Part shown: piece by piece, positions 27,501-39,401 of the stretch | Numbering within the stretch: position 1 is the first letter of the stretch | Layout: each line of letters opens with the position of its first letter | From: Catajapyx aquilonaris | Lineage: Eukaryota | Assembly: GCA_000934665.2 (NCBI GenBank) | Contig: KZ538206.1 | Location: 62,001-107,936, forward strand | Length of the DNA stretch: 45,936 nt | Direction of reading: 5' to 3' | Notes under the pieces: generated by a model | What the model was told of the DNA's origin: nothing | What the model saw: only the letters and a program-made list of their open reading frames with translations | Databases searched by the model: none | Made by a program: the position numbers and the translations under genes

Positions 27501-30500
27501 ACTGTACTTGTCTGGTTACAACGGAGACCTAGTTTCCACTCTTGACTTTATAGCCGGCATTTTTGCATTCGTGTAGTACTTTCCGTGTGAATAATACTTT
27601 TAACGAGACAGTAAAAAACAGCCACGTGCGGAAATGGGATTTGGGGAGACCACCATTTGCTGGGGGGGGNTGGGGGGGGGGGGGCAAGTGAATGCAATCA
27701 TTTCCGATCTGGTAGACGTGATTTGAACCACTAGCTGACGGGGATAAACGTATTGCCTTTGACAACAATCGTGTAGTGGACTAAAAGCTACGAACGAACG
27801 TTACACGTGGACACTAAAAAAGGACGGACCCAATTTATTTTACTTTTTTACCGGCGGCGACACGCATTTGGAATTCGGGTTTGTGGGTGTGTGTGTGTGC
27901 GTGTGCGTGCGTGCAACACTACTGGATATGGAATGACATTTTCGGGTGGAGAACACACCTTGAACCAGTTCTGAACTTGTTTAGTCAGCATTTGCATGGG
28001 CCTTTGGGTTGCGCCCTCACGTGGCCAGGTTTCACGTTTGTCAAGCCACGAGGGTACGTTTTGTGGCCGAAAAGGTGAACATTAAAACTTTGTTGTCACT
28101 AGGAAGTGCCTATCTCATCAGGGAAGCGTCGAGCTGTCTATCTGGGCTTGTGTTCCCTATCAAACAAAGGCGTATCTGTAGTCCTGACCCGTATACATAC
28201 AATGCTGCTTGGCATAATGTAGCGATGCGTAGGCTGGATTATTTCTTAAAATGGAAGAAACCAGTTTGTTAAATCCAGATACTTTTTTCTACCCCCTGTG
28301 GATGCTGAGTATTAACAATCGACTTAGTGGATAGCGAACGCGGCCCATTTTCAGCGTTGGGTTGCATCACTTGACCATCTGGGGACGACTGAGCAAGTGT
28401 TTGATAACTTGGTGTACATGATGATTCACACGTACTTTTGCACGTAGATAAATCACTCATCTGTCATGTAGATAAGCACGGATATCCATATAAGGTTCAT
28501 TGATTAATAATGCAATATTTAGAATAGGTAAGCTATACACGGAAGCTCTGCGATATAATTATATATACAGTATTCAAGGTACAGTACACTTACTATAGGT
28601 TCTATAGCAGTAGGCAGCACACATTTTAATCCATTTGCTGTCATGTGAATCCGAATAAATCGATTTTTCGAAGTTCATACAGTCTAAATGGGTGGGAGGT
28701 TTAAAATTAGCTAAAAACTCAAGTATTAGCACAAAAATCGCACTTCATATTGTTGTTTATTTACAACTTCGCGCCAAAATAACAGTAATCACTTAAATAT
28801 ACACTCGACCCGTATCGCGACCCGTAAGGGGGTGCACCTGCCATGGGCGCATGGTCGATGACACCCGCGTTTAAGTGTTGACCTGCTCTGCTATTTCAAA
28901 CGTTGCGAGCATGCGCTACTTTTATTTACGATGTCGAGTCCAAGACAGAGTAGTCGTGACAATCGAGTTGTGTCAGGTAATGGTTTAGAGCGAATACCGC
29001 ATCAAAAGCTTTCTCCCTCGGGAGAGTGCACGGAATCAACTTGACTTCCTCTCGAGTAAATGAAATCTCTGCCTTTTATTTTTGCCCATTTCCGTTTGCT
29101 CCGCAAAAGTGCCTTCCCAAATTCATTTTTAGTGCGGCGCACTCTCAGAAGGTGGTGCCATTATTCGGAAGTGTGGCGCCTAATGCGAGCCGTAAGCTTT
29201 CCTGGTTGCTACGGGCGGATGTTCAATTCCGAGTGAGCCAGTGAAAATAGCGCATTGTAGCATAGACAGTATAGGTACAGTACTGTAGGATACTGCAGGG
29301 TGTTATACTGTGTTCCTGAGGATCGGGATATATGTAGGTTTGTTAAGACGTCCCTACAGCCAACCAGACTCGACGTATTTTGTACAGTGCAGTATAACGA
29401 CCTCTGGTGCTCTCGCCAAAACAAGCATATATTCGAAGGATTAACAAGCGACAGATTGGGTTGAAAATATATATTCCTCTTTTTAACCCTTTGCTAGGAT
29501 TTTTTCCCCCGCATTTGCAACATAAAAACACCATGGATGACTGCTAGCTACTATCCTCTACAAGGGACAAACGCGAAACTGCCAAAGAATAAGCAGCTCT
29601 GATGGATCCGGCCCATTGTAATGGCGCGCTCTTTGACGTCAGCGCGTGCGCGTCTGTGCGATTTTTTTCTCTGGGTGTCCCTCAAGTATTACATTGTTGT
29701 AGTACGAGGTGCTACCCAAAATTTCCGAGAATTTGGATATACCGTGCAAACCAGTAAAGGTACGAACTTGTGATGCTAGGGGGCGCTAGGTGCAGCTATT
29801 AGTCTGAAAAATATAGTCTTCATAGGTGCACATGTTTCCGAATTTCAGCAGTTTTCTGGACACCGTGTTCTTGTGTTTCTGCGATTTTTCGAAATGGCTG
29901 ATGTTAGGGAGCAAAGGATTTGTATTAAATTTTGCTTCCAGCTCAACAAAACTTCGGCTGGAACCCACCGAATGTTGAACAAGGGTTTTGATGAGCAAGC
30001 TGTAAGACATGCAATAACATATGAGTAGTTTAACCGCGTCAAAGGTGGCGCGCCAAGTTCGCAGCAAAATCAACTCAATGCTGATCATTTTCTTTGACAT
30101 TTTAGGAATTGTACTATGTAACGTCTTCCATTTGGTGAAATTATTGTCAACAGGAAGTCTTACTGCGATGGTTTGAGACTATTGAGGCTCAAATGGCCAG
30201 AGATGTGTAAGAACGGAGACTGGTTGCTGCAACATGACAATGCACCTGCTGACCTGCACACACCTCACGCGTAGTCAGGGACTTCCTGACAAAAAACAAC
30301 ATGACCACTGTCCCCCACCCTCCCTGTTCGTTTGTCCTGGCCCAATGTGATTTCTACCTCTTCCCCCAAATGAAAATTGAGTTGAAAATTGCATTTTGAC
30401 TCCACTAAAGAGATCTAAGCAAAATAGCATCAGGTGCTGAACACGCTACAGTTGGCTAATTTTTTTGGGTGCTTCCAAAAATGGGACATTCGTGGGATCG

Positions 30501-33500
30501 TTGTATTCGAGACCAAGGTGACTACTTTGAAGGTGGGAGTGGAAATTAGGACTTAAAAATAAATATTAATGTTTTTATAATCAAATTCTCGGAAATTTTG
30601 GGTAGCACCCGTATATGGTTACCATATACAGTACATGTAACCATACACTACAACAATGTAACAGGAAACTCCTATGATTCCATACTTTGTGGGACACCCT
30701 GTACATCAAAGCCTTCGATCAGTAATTGTGCCATTTTCTTATTCAGAACAGTTTATCAGTTTCAGGGCAAACGGGCAGTAATTGGTTTTTCTAACGCCAA
30801 CAACTTGTAATATTACAGGTAACAATTTGGGTACATTGTTGTGAGACAATACTGGCACAACAATGATTGTGCACAGATTCAGGTAGCCATGCGCTACAGC
30901 GTGCCGCCGATTTTTTAAATATTTTAAAGTGTGCAACAGAGTCGAAATAGTTTTGGTGTGGCAGTTCTGCACTATTATTTGTTACTGCTTTCAAAGATTT
31001 GCTCAATGTGCCATGGTGATGGCAAGATGAAAATACCTCATAACTATATTGTAAGTGTGTGAGGAATCACTTTGTTGTATTTTTTTCCTGCCTACCTGAT
31101 GCGCAGTGACTATGTCACATGGCTTTTCAAAGGGAAACGCATTAGCATCTAACGAGGTGTCTCAAAGGGTTAAGAGATACTTGACATACACACTTGAGAT
31201 AACAACTGTTATTGCGACACCTATGGAATATCGAACCCAAGACAAACTTGATTTTCATGAACTAAGGAAAGTGCGAGGCCCTTTTCTCTCACTCGAAACA
31301 ATAGTAGCACCTACCCCACTTGCGTTACTATCCAATGAAAGATAAAGTAATTTGTAGACGCGAAAAAGTTTGCGGGTTGCCTGAAGTAACTGCAGTTCAA
31401 CCGTTGTGTCAGAAACTAAGACAATTTTTTGTAAACACTATTGTTATCCAATCTTGTTAAGTGCAAAGTAAATGGGTCAAGCCTTTCCTTTCTCCTCCGA
31501 GCCGTAAACAATGTTAAGAAATTAACGGCTTGTGAATAGCATCTGGAGCCCCATTCTCTCTACTGGCTGCCTTCCATGTTTCAAACTGAGTACGCTATTG
31601 GCAGAAATTTTGGGCACTACCGATATAGTTAGGGTAGAAAGAGTGCCCCNCCCCCCCCGACTCCCAACATGCAGATTCCTCAGGAAACTGAAGAGGAAAT
31701 TTCAAATAAGTGGATGCGGAGAGGCAAGCTAGGGAATGAGAGAGGGTTGACCCCGAGGCCCAAAATGCTGAATTGCAGGATCACATTGGATTAGCCTGGT
31801 ATAAGCAGAGATTCTTCTACATTGCACAATGGTGCATGAGTTTCGATCGTGGACAAAACCACAAATGGAGGGTTGAGGGAGGCTCCTGAGAGCAGGGGCA
31901 CTTTCTCTTATTGACTTGTCCTGGGGTCCTCTATTTATCTCTTACAAAGCAAACTTCTCATTAGGTTCCAGCTGCAATTGGGACACAAAGGTGGCTTATA
32001 AATACAAAGCCCTGGAAGGTGACCTTTTCCTCGGAGTGAGATATACAATGGACTTGTGAGCACATTCACATCTGTTTTCAGGCTGAGAAGCTGTAGCATA
32101 TAGCATGCCATTAATAAAATCATATGTGGAGATATTGCGCATAGAAGGACAAGCCACTTAAAAAGTTTATGGCCCAATACCAGGTCCAATATAATGTTGT
32201 TGTTTTTTGAATTGATTATGCCAGAGCTCTTCACATTAGGATACATGCATTTTAAAAATTGTGGTTTTCAAATGATGTGACATTTGTGTTAATGTTGTTA
32301 TCTGAATCTGTAAAATTCAAGTTTGTTGTTCTTCCTTCATAGGATCATGATGTACTCAATGCCTGGCTCACTGATCTCCATTATGAAGAATATTATCACC
32401 TGTTCATCCAGGCAGGATATGATATGCCAACCATATCTCGAATGACCCCTGAGGTAATGAAACACCCAGGATCATAGTTTAACCATTCTAATCTTACTGG
32501 ATGCCATTTCTAATGTCGTTGCCTTCTTTCAGGACCTCACTGCCATTGGGATCAAGAAACCAAATCATAGGAAAAAACTCAAAGCTGAAATAGCTCAACT
32601 GAACATTTCCGATGGACTTCCTGATTACATTCCAGTAAGGAAGCATGAATATTGAAATGATTTACTAATCTTCGTCAGATGTGCTATGGTATAGGAGGTG
32701 CTTAGAGCAAAAGTGGCCCAAGTCCATTTTTGCCACTTTCGAGATACAACCGCCATCATGCTCAGTTGGCTACTCCCAAGTTGGTGCAAAATTGGTGTAA
32801 GTCCTGAGTTGGACATTTTGGTTAGCCTAAATGTCCAACTTAGGACTTAACCCTCAGCATGCGAAATGTGAACGTGCAAAATGTTCGCTCTCCGGTGACG
32901 TGGGCACTTTTTGTGACCAAGCCATATTTTTTGATATATCTGGCGAAATATAGCACATTAGGGCTTCACCTTTGAGACAATCATAGTGTGACTCCTTCTA
33001 CGACAAATAGCGTTTAGTTTACATTTTTTGAGAAAATAGTGCGATCAGAAAAAAAATCGGAAAGAAAATCAGTCGGGGCCAACTCCCAGGGGTAGGGGGA
33101 TTCCACCCCATGGCGGCCTGGGATGCCACCGGGAGCTGCCAGACCGGATCTTGGTCAGGCCCCAACTACGCATTGCCGCCTAATTTATTTTTTCCTGGTC
33201 GTGCTATTTGCTCAAAAAATTTAAACTAAACGTCATTCATCACAGAAATAGTCAAACGAAAATGTTCTCAAAGATGAATCTCGAATGTCCTAAATTTGCC
33301 AAGTTATAGCAAAAAAAGGGTCGTTGGTCACAAAAAGTGCCCACGTCACCGTCCGAGGGTTAAACCAATCTTATTTATGCTCCAAAGAGAGTTGCCTATG
33401 CCATGGAGCAGTTCAGGTCAATTTTTGGAGCTTAATTTTTTGTGGACTTAGGCCACTTTTGTTCTAAGTGCCTCTTGTGGTTGAATTGTTAAAGTCCGCT

Positions 33501-36242
33501 CTTAAATTTTGCGAAGGAGTTTAACACAACCTATGACCTTAATGAAGCTGAATGTGGGATTAATGTAATACCTCCTAACTAGTTTTGTCACAACTTCTTA
33601 TTTACAGCCAAGCCTTGAGGAATGGTTACATATGCTGAGACTGGAAGAGTACTTTCCAACACTGAATGCACAAGGCTACCAAACTGTTGAGCAAATGACA
33701 CAGTTGACTTGGGAGGACTTAGAGGATATTGGTATTGTCAAGTTGGGGCACCAGAAGAAAATAATTTTAGCTATCAAACGGGTAAAAGACATTTTGGCTG
33801 GCAAGAGGGTACCTGCCTGTCCTCCAGATCCAAGATATGCTCCACAGTATCAGACACAGGTAAAAATACCCCCTCCCCCCTGCTGGCAGTGGGCATGAAA
33901 CACAACCTATCATTCACAGGAAATTACCATAACCCCTACTGCCACTGGACACTCGCCTGTGCAGGAGGGATACCACAACATTTCCGAATTCCGTACATTT
34001 CATCAAGTGCCGACTCGGATTCCTCGTTGGGAACTGGGAGAAAACAACTACTATGTGCATGGAGCTGGAACCCAGCAAACCTTTGCCACCCACTGCTTCA
34101 CGGAGCAAGCCTTTTACCAACCAGATGTAATTCCTGTGCAGGTAAGAAAGGAGATCTCATTTTGCACAACATTCAGTTAGTTTAAAGCAATACTATTGAG
34201 GAGTTGGATCAAGTCACGTTAGTTTGATCATAGTTTGGGCCCTCTCCACAGGCTCGTAGTCCTCGTGGGAAATCCTTAGAGAGCCTGGAGAGCGAGCGTG
34301 GTCAAGAACCAACCTACACATTTCATTCGTTCTATGGTGAACCACGTCATTTTGACCCACAGGGTTATCCAGTTGGTTGGCCGCAGCGAAGTTTTGACGA
34401 CGGGGATATTACTCCGACCAATGAGGTGATGTGTCTTCATGAAGGTGGAGGCGTAGGGGGTGGTGGTGGCACGCTTCCCCGACCCAAAGGCATGGTGAAG
34501 CCCCGACCAATAGCCAAGATTATGGCCAACAAGGCAAGGCCAGTTGAAGCCAATGCTGGACCTATGTATATAGAGGACTATCATAAGCCAACCTTGGTGG
34601 AATGTTACAAGAGCCTTCCTCGTGATCCCATGCAACGTGAGAAGTACTTCGAGGGTTGTGAAGGTGGCACCAACAAAGGTGCATATTGGACTGGCACATT
34701 GAAAAAAACACATCCCCCACTCCCTCCAAAAAGGACAAATTCCATGAAAGAAACAAGCGACTTTGTGAACAAGGACACTGTGGGTTTGGATTGTGAGGGT
34801 GGTGAAAACACTAGTAATGTTCCTATTGAAGCCAATGTTGTAGAGCAGCAGCCATCACCATCATTGTTCAGTGTTCAGCAAGGGTCCTGTGAGGACTTTC
34901 CACCACCTCCACCATCCATAGCAACAGATGACAACTTTGGGAGTGACACGTCCGACTCGCCCAGCTCAGGGGGCTCCACCAGTGTCTGTAGTGTCAGAGA
35001 GCGTTTTGAAGTTGCACAGAGCAAGCAGCAATGCAACACATTACCACGAACACTTCCAAAGTCAGCCTCTGGTTCCACTACAAGCTCTCAGAGTCAAAGA
35101 TCATCGCGTGATCCCAGCCCAGGTGGTGGAAGCGACTTGTCTGACTCGGAGCTTGGGAGTGGTCCCCTTTTTCGCCAAAGGAGAAATGGCTCTGATGCCA
35201 GTTTTAAGGTAAGTGCAGTTGTTTGGAATCAGGAAATTTCATGTGTTGACTTGTCTTATTTTCTAGTCGACATCAAGCACTGAGTCTGACTCAATGCCTT
35301 TTGCCAATGAGAATGCGGGGACAATCAAGCAGCGTGCCACACGGCCACATCCAACTTTGAGTGTTATGGAGGGTGGTGGTGCCATGGGTTCGCACTCTCC
35401 CAGCCCCCCTCACAAGAGCGAAGAAGTCGAGGGTCAGGTGCCCCAACCACCTAGGTTAAATCGAAGGACACATGGCAGGTAAATACAGTAAAACTTCTAG
35501 TCGAACTTGCCTAAGTCGAAGATCTCTATACGTCGAAGAAAATGATGAGCTTGGTTGGTCACAATGTAAAAGAATAGAAAATAAACTTCCCTAACTCGAA
35601 TTTCTATAACTCGAAGTGCAGGCAGGGCCTTACGATGGGATATCAATGCATTTTCAGTCTCCCTAAGTCGAAGTTCATGTTGGCGAGTACTGAAACTTTT
35701 CTCATTTCCCACCCTAAGGGTTGAGAGTAGGCCACATGTACAGAAAGGCTCAATTTCCTGATCTCCGTCTACCAGACATATCGAAAAGAGTGTTTGACTC
35801 GATTGTGACAATTGAATCCTTGAATCTAAGAGTAGGCAAATGTCCATAACAGAGATTTTCTTATTTACAACAAAACAACGAGGAACATTGTAAGTGTGAT
35901 AGTGACAGTTATTTTAAAGTTTTGAACACCTTTCATTGCTGGATATAAAGGTAGGCTACCTTATAGAGTTATGTGCTTTTAAAAAATCCAAACTTCTCTA
36001 ACTCGAATCTTCTGTACCTCAAAGTTTTTTTCCGATCCCTTGGAGATTCGACTTATAGGAGTTTTACTGTATCTTGATTAGAAGCTGTTATGGAAATGAT
36101 GCAGTATTTAACTGTGGTTTGTATTATCAGCCGTGCCCTTGAGAGCGGTGATGTCCTGAATGACATCGGATCAATGCTGGCCGACCTTACAAACGAGTTG
36201 GATGCGATGTTAGAAGAGGAACGACAGCAAGGAAATATGTAG
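17939..36242 (+). CDS. ckn: Caskin-family SAM-domain scaffold protein, spliced model of about 1118 aa using the 17939 first exon
   Basis: join(17939-18500, 21821-22060, 23833-23945, 24024-24188, 24275-24409, 24469-24642, 32343-32453, 32533-32634, 33608-33859, 33920-34141, 34252-35208, 35267-35478, 36131-36242). All introns are GT-AG with matching phases; total 3357 nt, open to TAG. Encodes SAM1 ([46 protein letters not shown]), SAM2 ([28 protein letters not shown]), [13 protein letters not shown] and the tail [22 protein letters not shown], all typical of Caskin. Confidence 0.92.
21821..22060 (+). CDS. ckn: Caskin first common exon (GGMHRSNK...[13 protein letters not shown]...[14 protein letters not shown])
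   Basis: Strong polypyrimidine acceptor (ttttctctcctgacag) and donor G|GTATGT, phase 1/1. Confidence 0.88.
23571..23598. repeat. (ACT)n microsatellite
   Basis: Read directly from the sequence. Confidence 0.95.
23833..23945 (+). CDS. ckn: Caskin exon
   Basis: Acceptor tttacag (alternative in-frame cag ending 23838) and donor CAG|GTAAGA, phase 1/0. Confidence 0.8.
24024..24188 (+). CDS. ckn: Caskin exon (...[15 protein letters not shown])
   Basis: Acceptor cacag and donor CAG|GTAATT, phase 0/0. Confidence 0.85.
24275..24409 (+). CDS. ckn: Caskin exon ([14 protein letters not shown]...[13 protein letters not shown])
   Basis: Acceptor ctctatag and donor CAG|GTAAGT; 45 open codons. Confidence 0.88.
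24469..24642 (+). CDS. ckn: Caskin exon (...[11 protein letters not shown]), just upstream of SAM1
   Basis: Acceptor gtgcag and donor GCT|GTAAGT; 58 codons, phase 0/0. Confidence 0.88.
29671..30701. mobile_element. Small palindromic Tc1-type MITE interrupted by the mariner
   Basis: Ends CTGGGTGTCCCTCAAGTAT and ATACTTTGTGGGACACCCTG(TA). An internal 25-bp inverted repeat is restored when the mariner is removed. Confidence 0.65.
29705..30611 (+). mobile_element. Internally deleted, degenerate mariner (DD34D-type) transposon
   Basis: TA flanks and TIRs CG(A)GGTGCTACCCAAAATTTCCGAGAATTTG. Transposase remnants: [20 protein letters not shown] (ATG 29894), [45 protein letters not shown] (decayed YSPDLAPxD) and [14 protein letters not shown]. 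Confidence 0.93.
32343..32453 (+). CDS. ckn: Caskin exon, SAM1 N-terminal half
   Basis: [37 protein letters not shown], flanked by catag and GTAATG. Confidence 0.95.
32533..32634 (+). CDS. ckn: Caskin exon, SAM1 C-terminal half
   Basis: [34 protein letters not shown], flanked by ttcag and GTAAGG. Confidence 0.95.
32695..33474. mobile_element. Non-autonomous TIR element in the Caskin SAM1-SAM2 intron
   Basis: 32-bp imperfect TIRs GAGGTGCTTAGAGCAAAAGTGGCCCAAGTCCA and TGGACTTAGGCCACTTTTGTTCTAAGTGCCTC. No clear TSD, so the superfamily is unassigned. Confidence 0.7.
32851..33359. mobile_element. piggyBac-type foldback MITE
   Basis: TTAA|CCCTC...GAGGG|TTAA ends, a perfect subterminal inverted repeat CGGTGACGTGGGCACTTTTTGTGACCAA, and long imperfect inverted arms. 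Confidence 0.85.
33608..33859 (+). CDS. ckn: Caskin exon, SAM2
   Basis: [24 protein letters not shown]...[27 protein letters not shown], flanked by tacag and GTAAAA. Confidence 0.95.
33920..34141 (+). CDS. ckn: Caskin exon
   Basis: EITITP...[10 protein letters not shown], flanked by cacag and GTAAGA, phase 0/0. Confidence 0.85.
34252..35208 (+). CDS. ckn: Caskin large exon, proline/serine-rich region
   Basis: [13 protein letters not shown]...[13 protein letters not shown]...[18 protein letters not shown]...[10 protein letters not shown]...SDASFK; 319 codons, flanked by cacag and GTAAGT. Confidence 0.92.
35267..35478 (+). CDS. ckn: Caskin exon carrying the [13 protein letters not shown] motif
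   Basis: [23 protein letters not shown], flanked by ttctag and AG|GTAAAT, phase 0/2. Confidence 0.92.
35486..36069. mobile_element. pogo/Tigger-like MITE in the last Caskin intron
   Basis: TA|CAGTAAAACTTCTAGTCGAA...TTCGACTTATAGGAGTTTTACTG|TA, with repeated internal TAACTCGAA/TAAGTCGAA motifs. Confidence 0.85.
36131..36242 (+). CDS. ckn: Caskin terminal exon (Caskin tail)
   Basis: [36 protein letters not shown], with acceptor atcag in phase 2. Confidence 0.95.
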
Positions 36243-39133
36243 AGATGGGTTGCAGAAAGATTGATTTTCTAAGATGTTATAGATGATAGGGTTTCAGAGA
36301 TGTTCAAGTAGTCTTTTCAGTCCCTGTGCCATGTTACAACATAGTACCTCGGGGGGCCCTGCAGGACACGCCATTGTACCAATTTGCAGTGCTTTCCTCT
36401 GAGACAGGGCAGTTTCCTCTGCAGAGACATGAAATGACACGACACCTCAAAAAAAAATATCTTGCCAAAGATTCACAATCTTGGCTGTATCTGCATTTTG
36501 CAGGTATACAAGGTGCTTAACAAGTAGAAGTATTATTATAAGCTTGATATACCAAAAAAAAAATTCAAATCCTAATTGTGCTAATTAAGCAAAATTTTGA
36601 GCAGTTGAGCATTTCTGACATGCCTGAAACATCTTTTCACTAACATAACATCATGTACATGTTTTGTAATTTAAAGAAAAAAAAGAGGAAAGACAAAAAA
36701 ATAATGGATTGACTTAGGATTTGATTTTAGGGACCTAAATGTAATTGTAACAAGCTTATTCCATAAATTTCCTGTTAACATTTGGAGAATCCTGGAACTA
36801 ATTACTTTGCTGGAATTTTGCAAACAATAGTAGTGCACTCTTCCCAATGTCTGAACTGCAGAAGGTTCAGTTTGTTTTTTTGTCGAGTTCTAGGTGAGCT
36901 TAGTGTTGAGCTAGTGATATAGTCTTTGAGCCTAGGCATCAAATTGTGTGATGTATTACAAGGTACTTTTCAAGGTGCCACTTTGTTTCCCCTTGTCTCT
37001 CTCCATGTCGTAAGAAAAGGGTTGTGTCCGGATGCAGTCCGGCATTCAAATCATAGTTATTTGTCAACAGATTCGTGTATTACCTTCTTGGTGACCAAAT
37101 TTTGTAATGAAAAAGTTTGTTTTTGATGTCTTTTCGATAGTTGAAGTACCCAAAGTGTAAATCAGTACCTGCACGATGGTAGGTCTTTTCTACCACATTA
37201 CTTTGGCTGGAACCAACTGCATGTGAGGCATGGAATCGTCTTGATTGGCAGGACAATTCCTGTACTTGAGCTGCACCCCAGTATATTTGCTCACATTGAG
37301 GAAAGTGCAACGTTGGTTTCTGAGGAACGAGGTCTTACGATATGTTGATGTGCATAGGCATAACTGAAAAGTGCCCCACAGAGGGTGGTCTTCCAAGAGA
37401 GCAAATGAAATTAAGCATTTTATGTGACTCAATGGAAAAGTGCATTGTATTCAGGTAACTATCATTATTTGGAAGGAAGTCACCCTTGTAGTTGTGCCTG
37501 CAGGATGTTTGTTTGTAGCGAAAAGGTGAGGTGTCGGAGAATTTTTCACTTCTGTACACGTGACTGTCAATTATCGAGAGCCTCGCTCTCACATCTTCTG
37601 ACACCTCATGATGTGTAATTTTGTAGATAGGATGCAAAATATTGACACATGACTATTCTGCAATGATTAATCCTAATTATAGCAAAGCTGGGCTGTAGTG
37701 ATGAGAGAAAAGGATGCAGTCATGGGGTACTATGTCACAGTCTAATCATGGTCCTGTCACACTCATGTTTTGCACTATCAATGCTTCTCCTGGGTTATGA
37801 AGTCACAAACTTAAATGGAAAGTTGGTTCAAGACCGTGTTACAAATTTGGAAGTGAATCTTTCATGACTTTCATGGAATCCCCCTTAGCCTCTGTAGTTT
37901 AGTGACAACACCATTTGTTATTGTGAATCTGCTGGGTTCCATTTCCAGGGAGGGCTGGGGGAATCCGTAATTTGTGACTTTTATTGACCTACTTGACTAA
38001 CCATATAGATAAGTATGGGAGTGTTCACGTGTTCTGACAGAGCCAGTATGCAGCAACAAGAAATATAGTGTATAGTTGTACATATCCATGAAACCAGGTA
38101 TGCCTGTACCTTTGTCCACATGTCACAGATACATGACTTTGATAGGGGTGTCATGAATGTGCAGTTGACGCACATGTATCCCGATTGGTCGGTGCTGCCA
38201 TTATGTGCTGCATGTCAACCATAGCCATGCCACTTCTGTCCAGGATATGAACCTGTGACCAGCAAGGTTTCATGGACAAAAAGTACAGGCAGCATATAGT
38301 TTTAGTGTTTTATTTATTTGTGTTGCTTCATAGTGGTACTGCCAACACAGGAGTGGCCACATTGCATTTACTTTCTTCATATTACTCTTCTAAACTTTCA
38401 AAATGATTCAAACATAAACCTTGTGGAATTTTAATTCATGTAAGACCAAATTATCACAGTATTTGGAATGTTTATTTTATTAGTAGCTCATGTCAAGTTA
38501 AAAGTTTGCTTTGCTATCAGAAGTTAAATGTAATTGATGAAGGCTTGTGCTTCAAGAAATAAAATGATAAGATATTTCACAGCTGGTGACTGAACCACTG
38601 TATATGATTTTTCTGCCAAAGTTGGGGCAATAATTGGGAGTTCTGTACGTACTAATGGCCTGTGAATGTGGTTCCTAACTGTGCATAGGATCCCCCATGG
38701 TTTCCCCATTGGTAATGGAATAAGACTGCTTAGTTTATTATTAACATTCAGCCCCTTATGTTTAAAAAATTATATAAAATCGCCCTGCCTGTTTACTACA
38801 GCCCTGCTATGACAACAGTCTACCCCATTTTATGTTTTGGTGTGAACTTTGGGGTCCAAATCTACTCTTTTGTTCACAGTTTTAAATGTGTTCTTATGTA
38901 ATTGAAGAGGGCAGGTTCAGATTATGTATGAGAAGGGCAAGTGCTTGTCAATGTACAACCTTTCAAAAAATAAAGTATATAATGACCACTTGGGCATTGA
39001 AGAATTTATTTCTGATTCACATGGTTGTGTACTACTGTACAATCCTCCTTGTTTTGAGTTTGACCACCTCAAAAAGTATAGCTGCCTGGTAGAGTTTGTC
39101 CTTGTGTGTGCATGATAGCACAATCAACATAAT

Positions 39134-39401
39134 AAAAATAATAATGGATACTCCGTGATAGGCCCCTTGGGCCTCTTTAGGGGATCATCTTTTGAATAAC
39201 CAATTTTAATCATTTGCCTGTAATGTGATCGATTTTGATAGTGGGAGGAAAGGGGAGAGCCCCGAGAAAACCCACGCGAACACGGAGAGAACCCATCAAA
39301 ACTCTATCCACATAAGAATCCTCCGTCCGACCCGGGGATCGAACTCGGGACCTTAGAGGTGGAAGGCTGCGGCGCTAACTACTTGGCCACCGTGTCGCCC
39401 G
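39134..39401 (-). mobile_element. tRNA-derived SINE (family C) with a V/Meta-like central domain and 9-bp TSD
   Basis: Minus strand shows A box TGGCCAAGTAG, B box GAGTTCGATCC, core CTCCGTGTTCGCGTGGGTTTTCTCGGGCTCTCCCCTTTCCTCCCAC and an (ATT)n tail. TSD CAACATAAT lies at 39125-39133 and 39402-39410. Confidence 0.85.
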
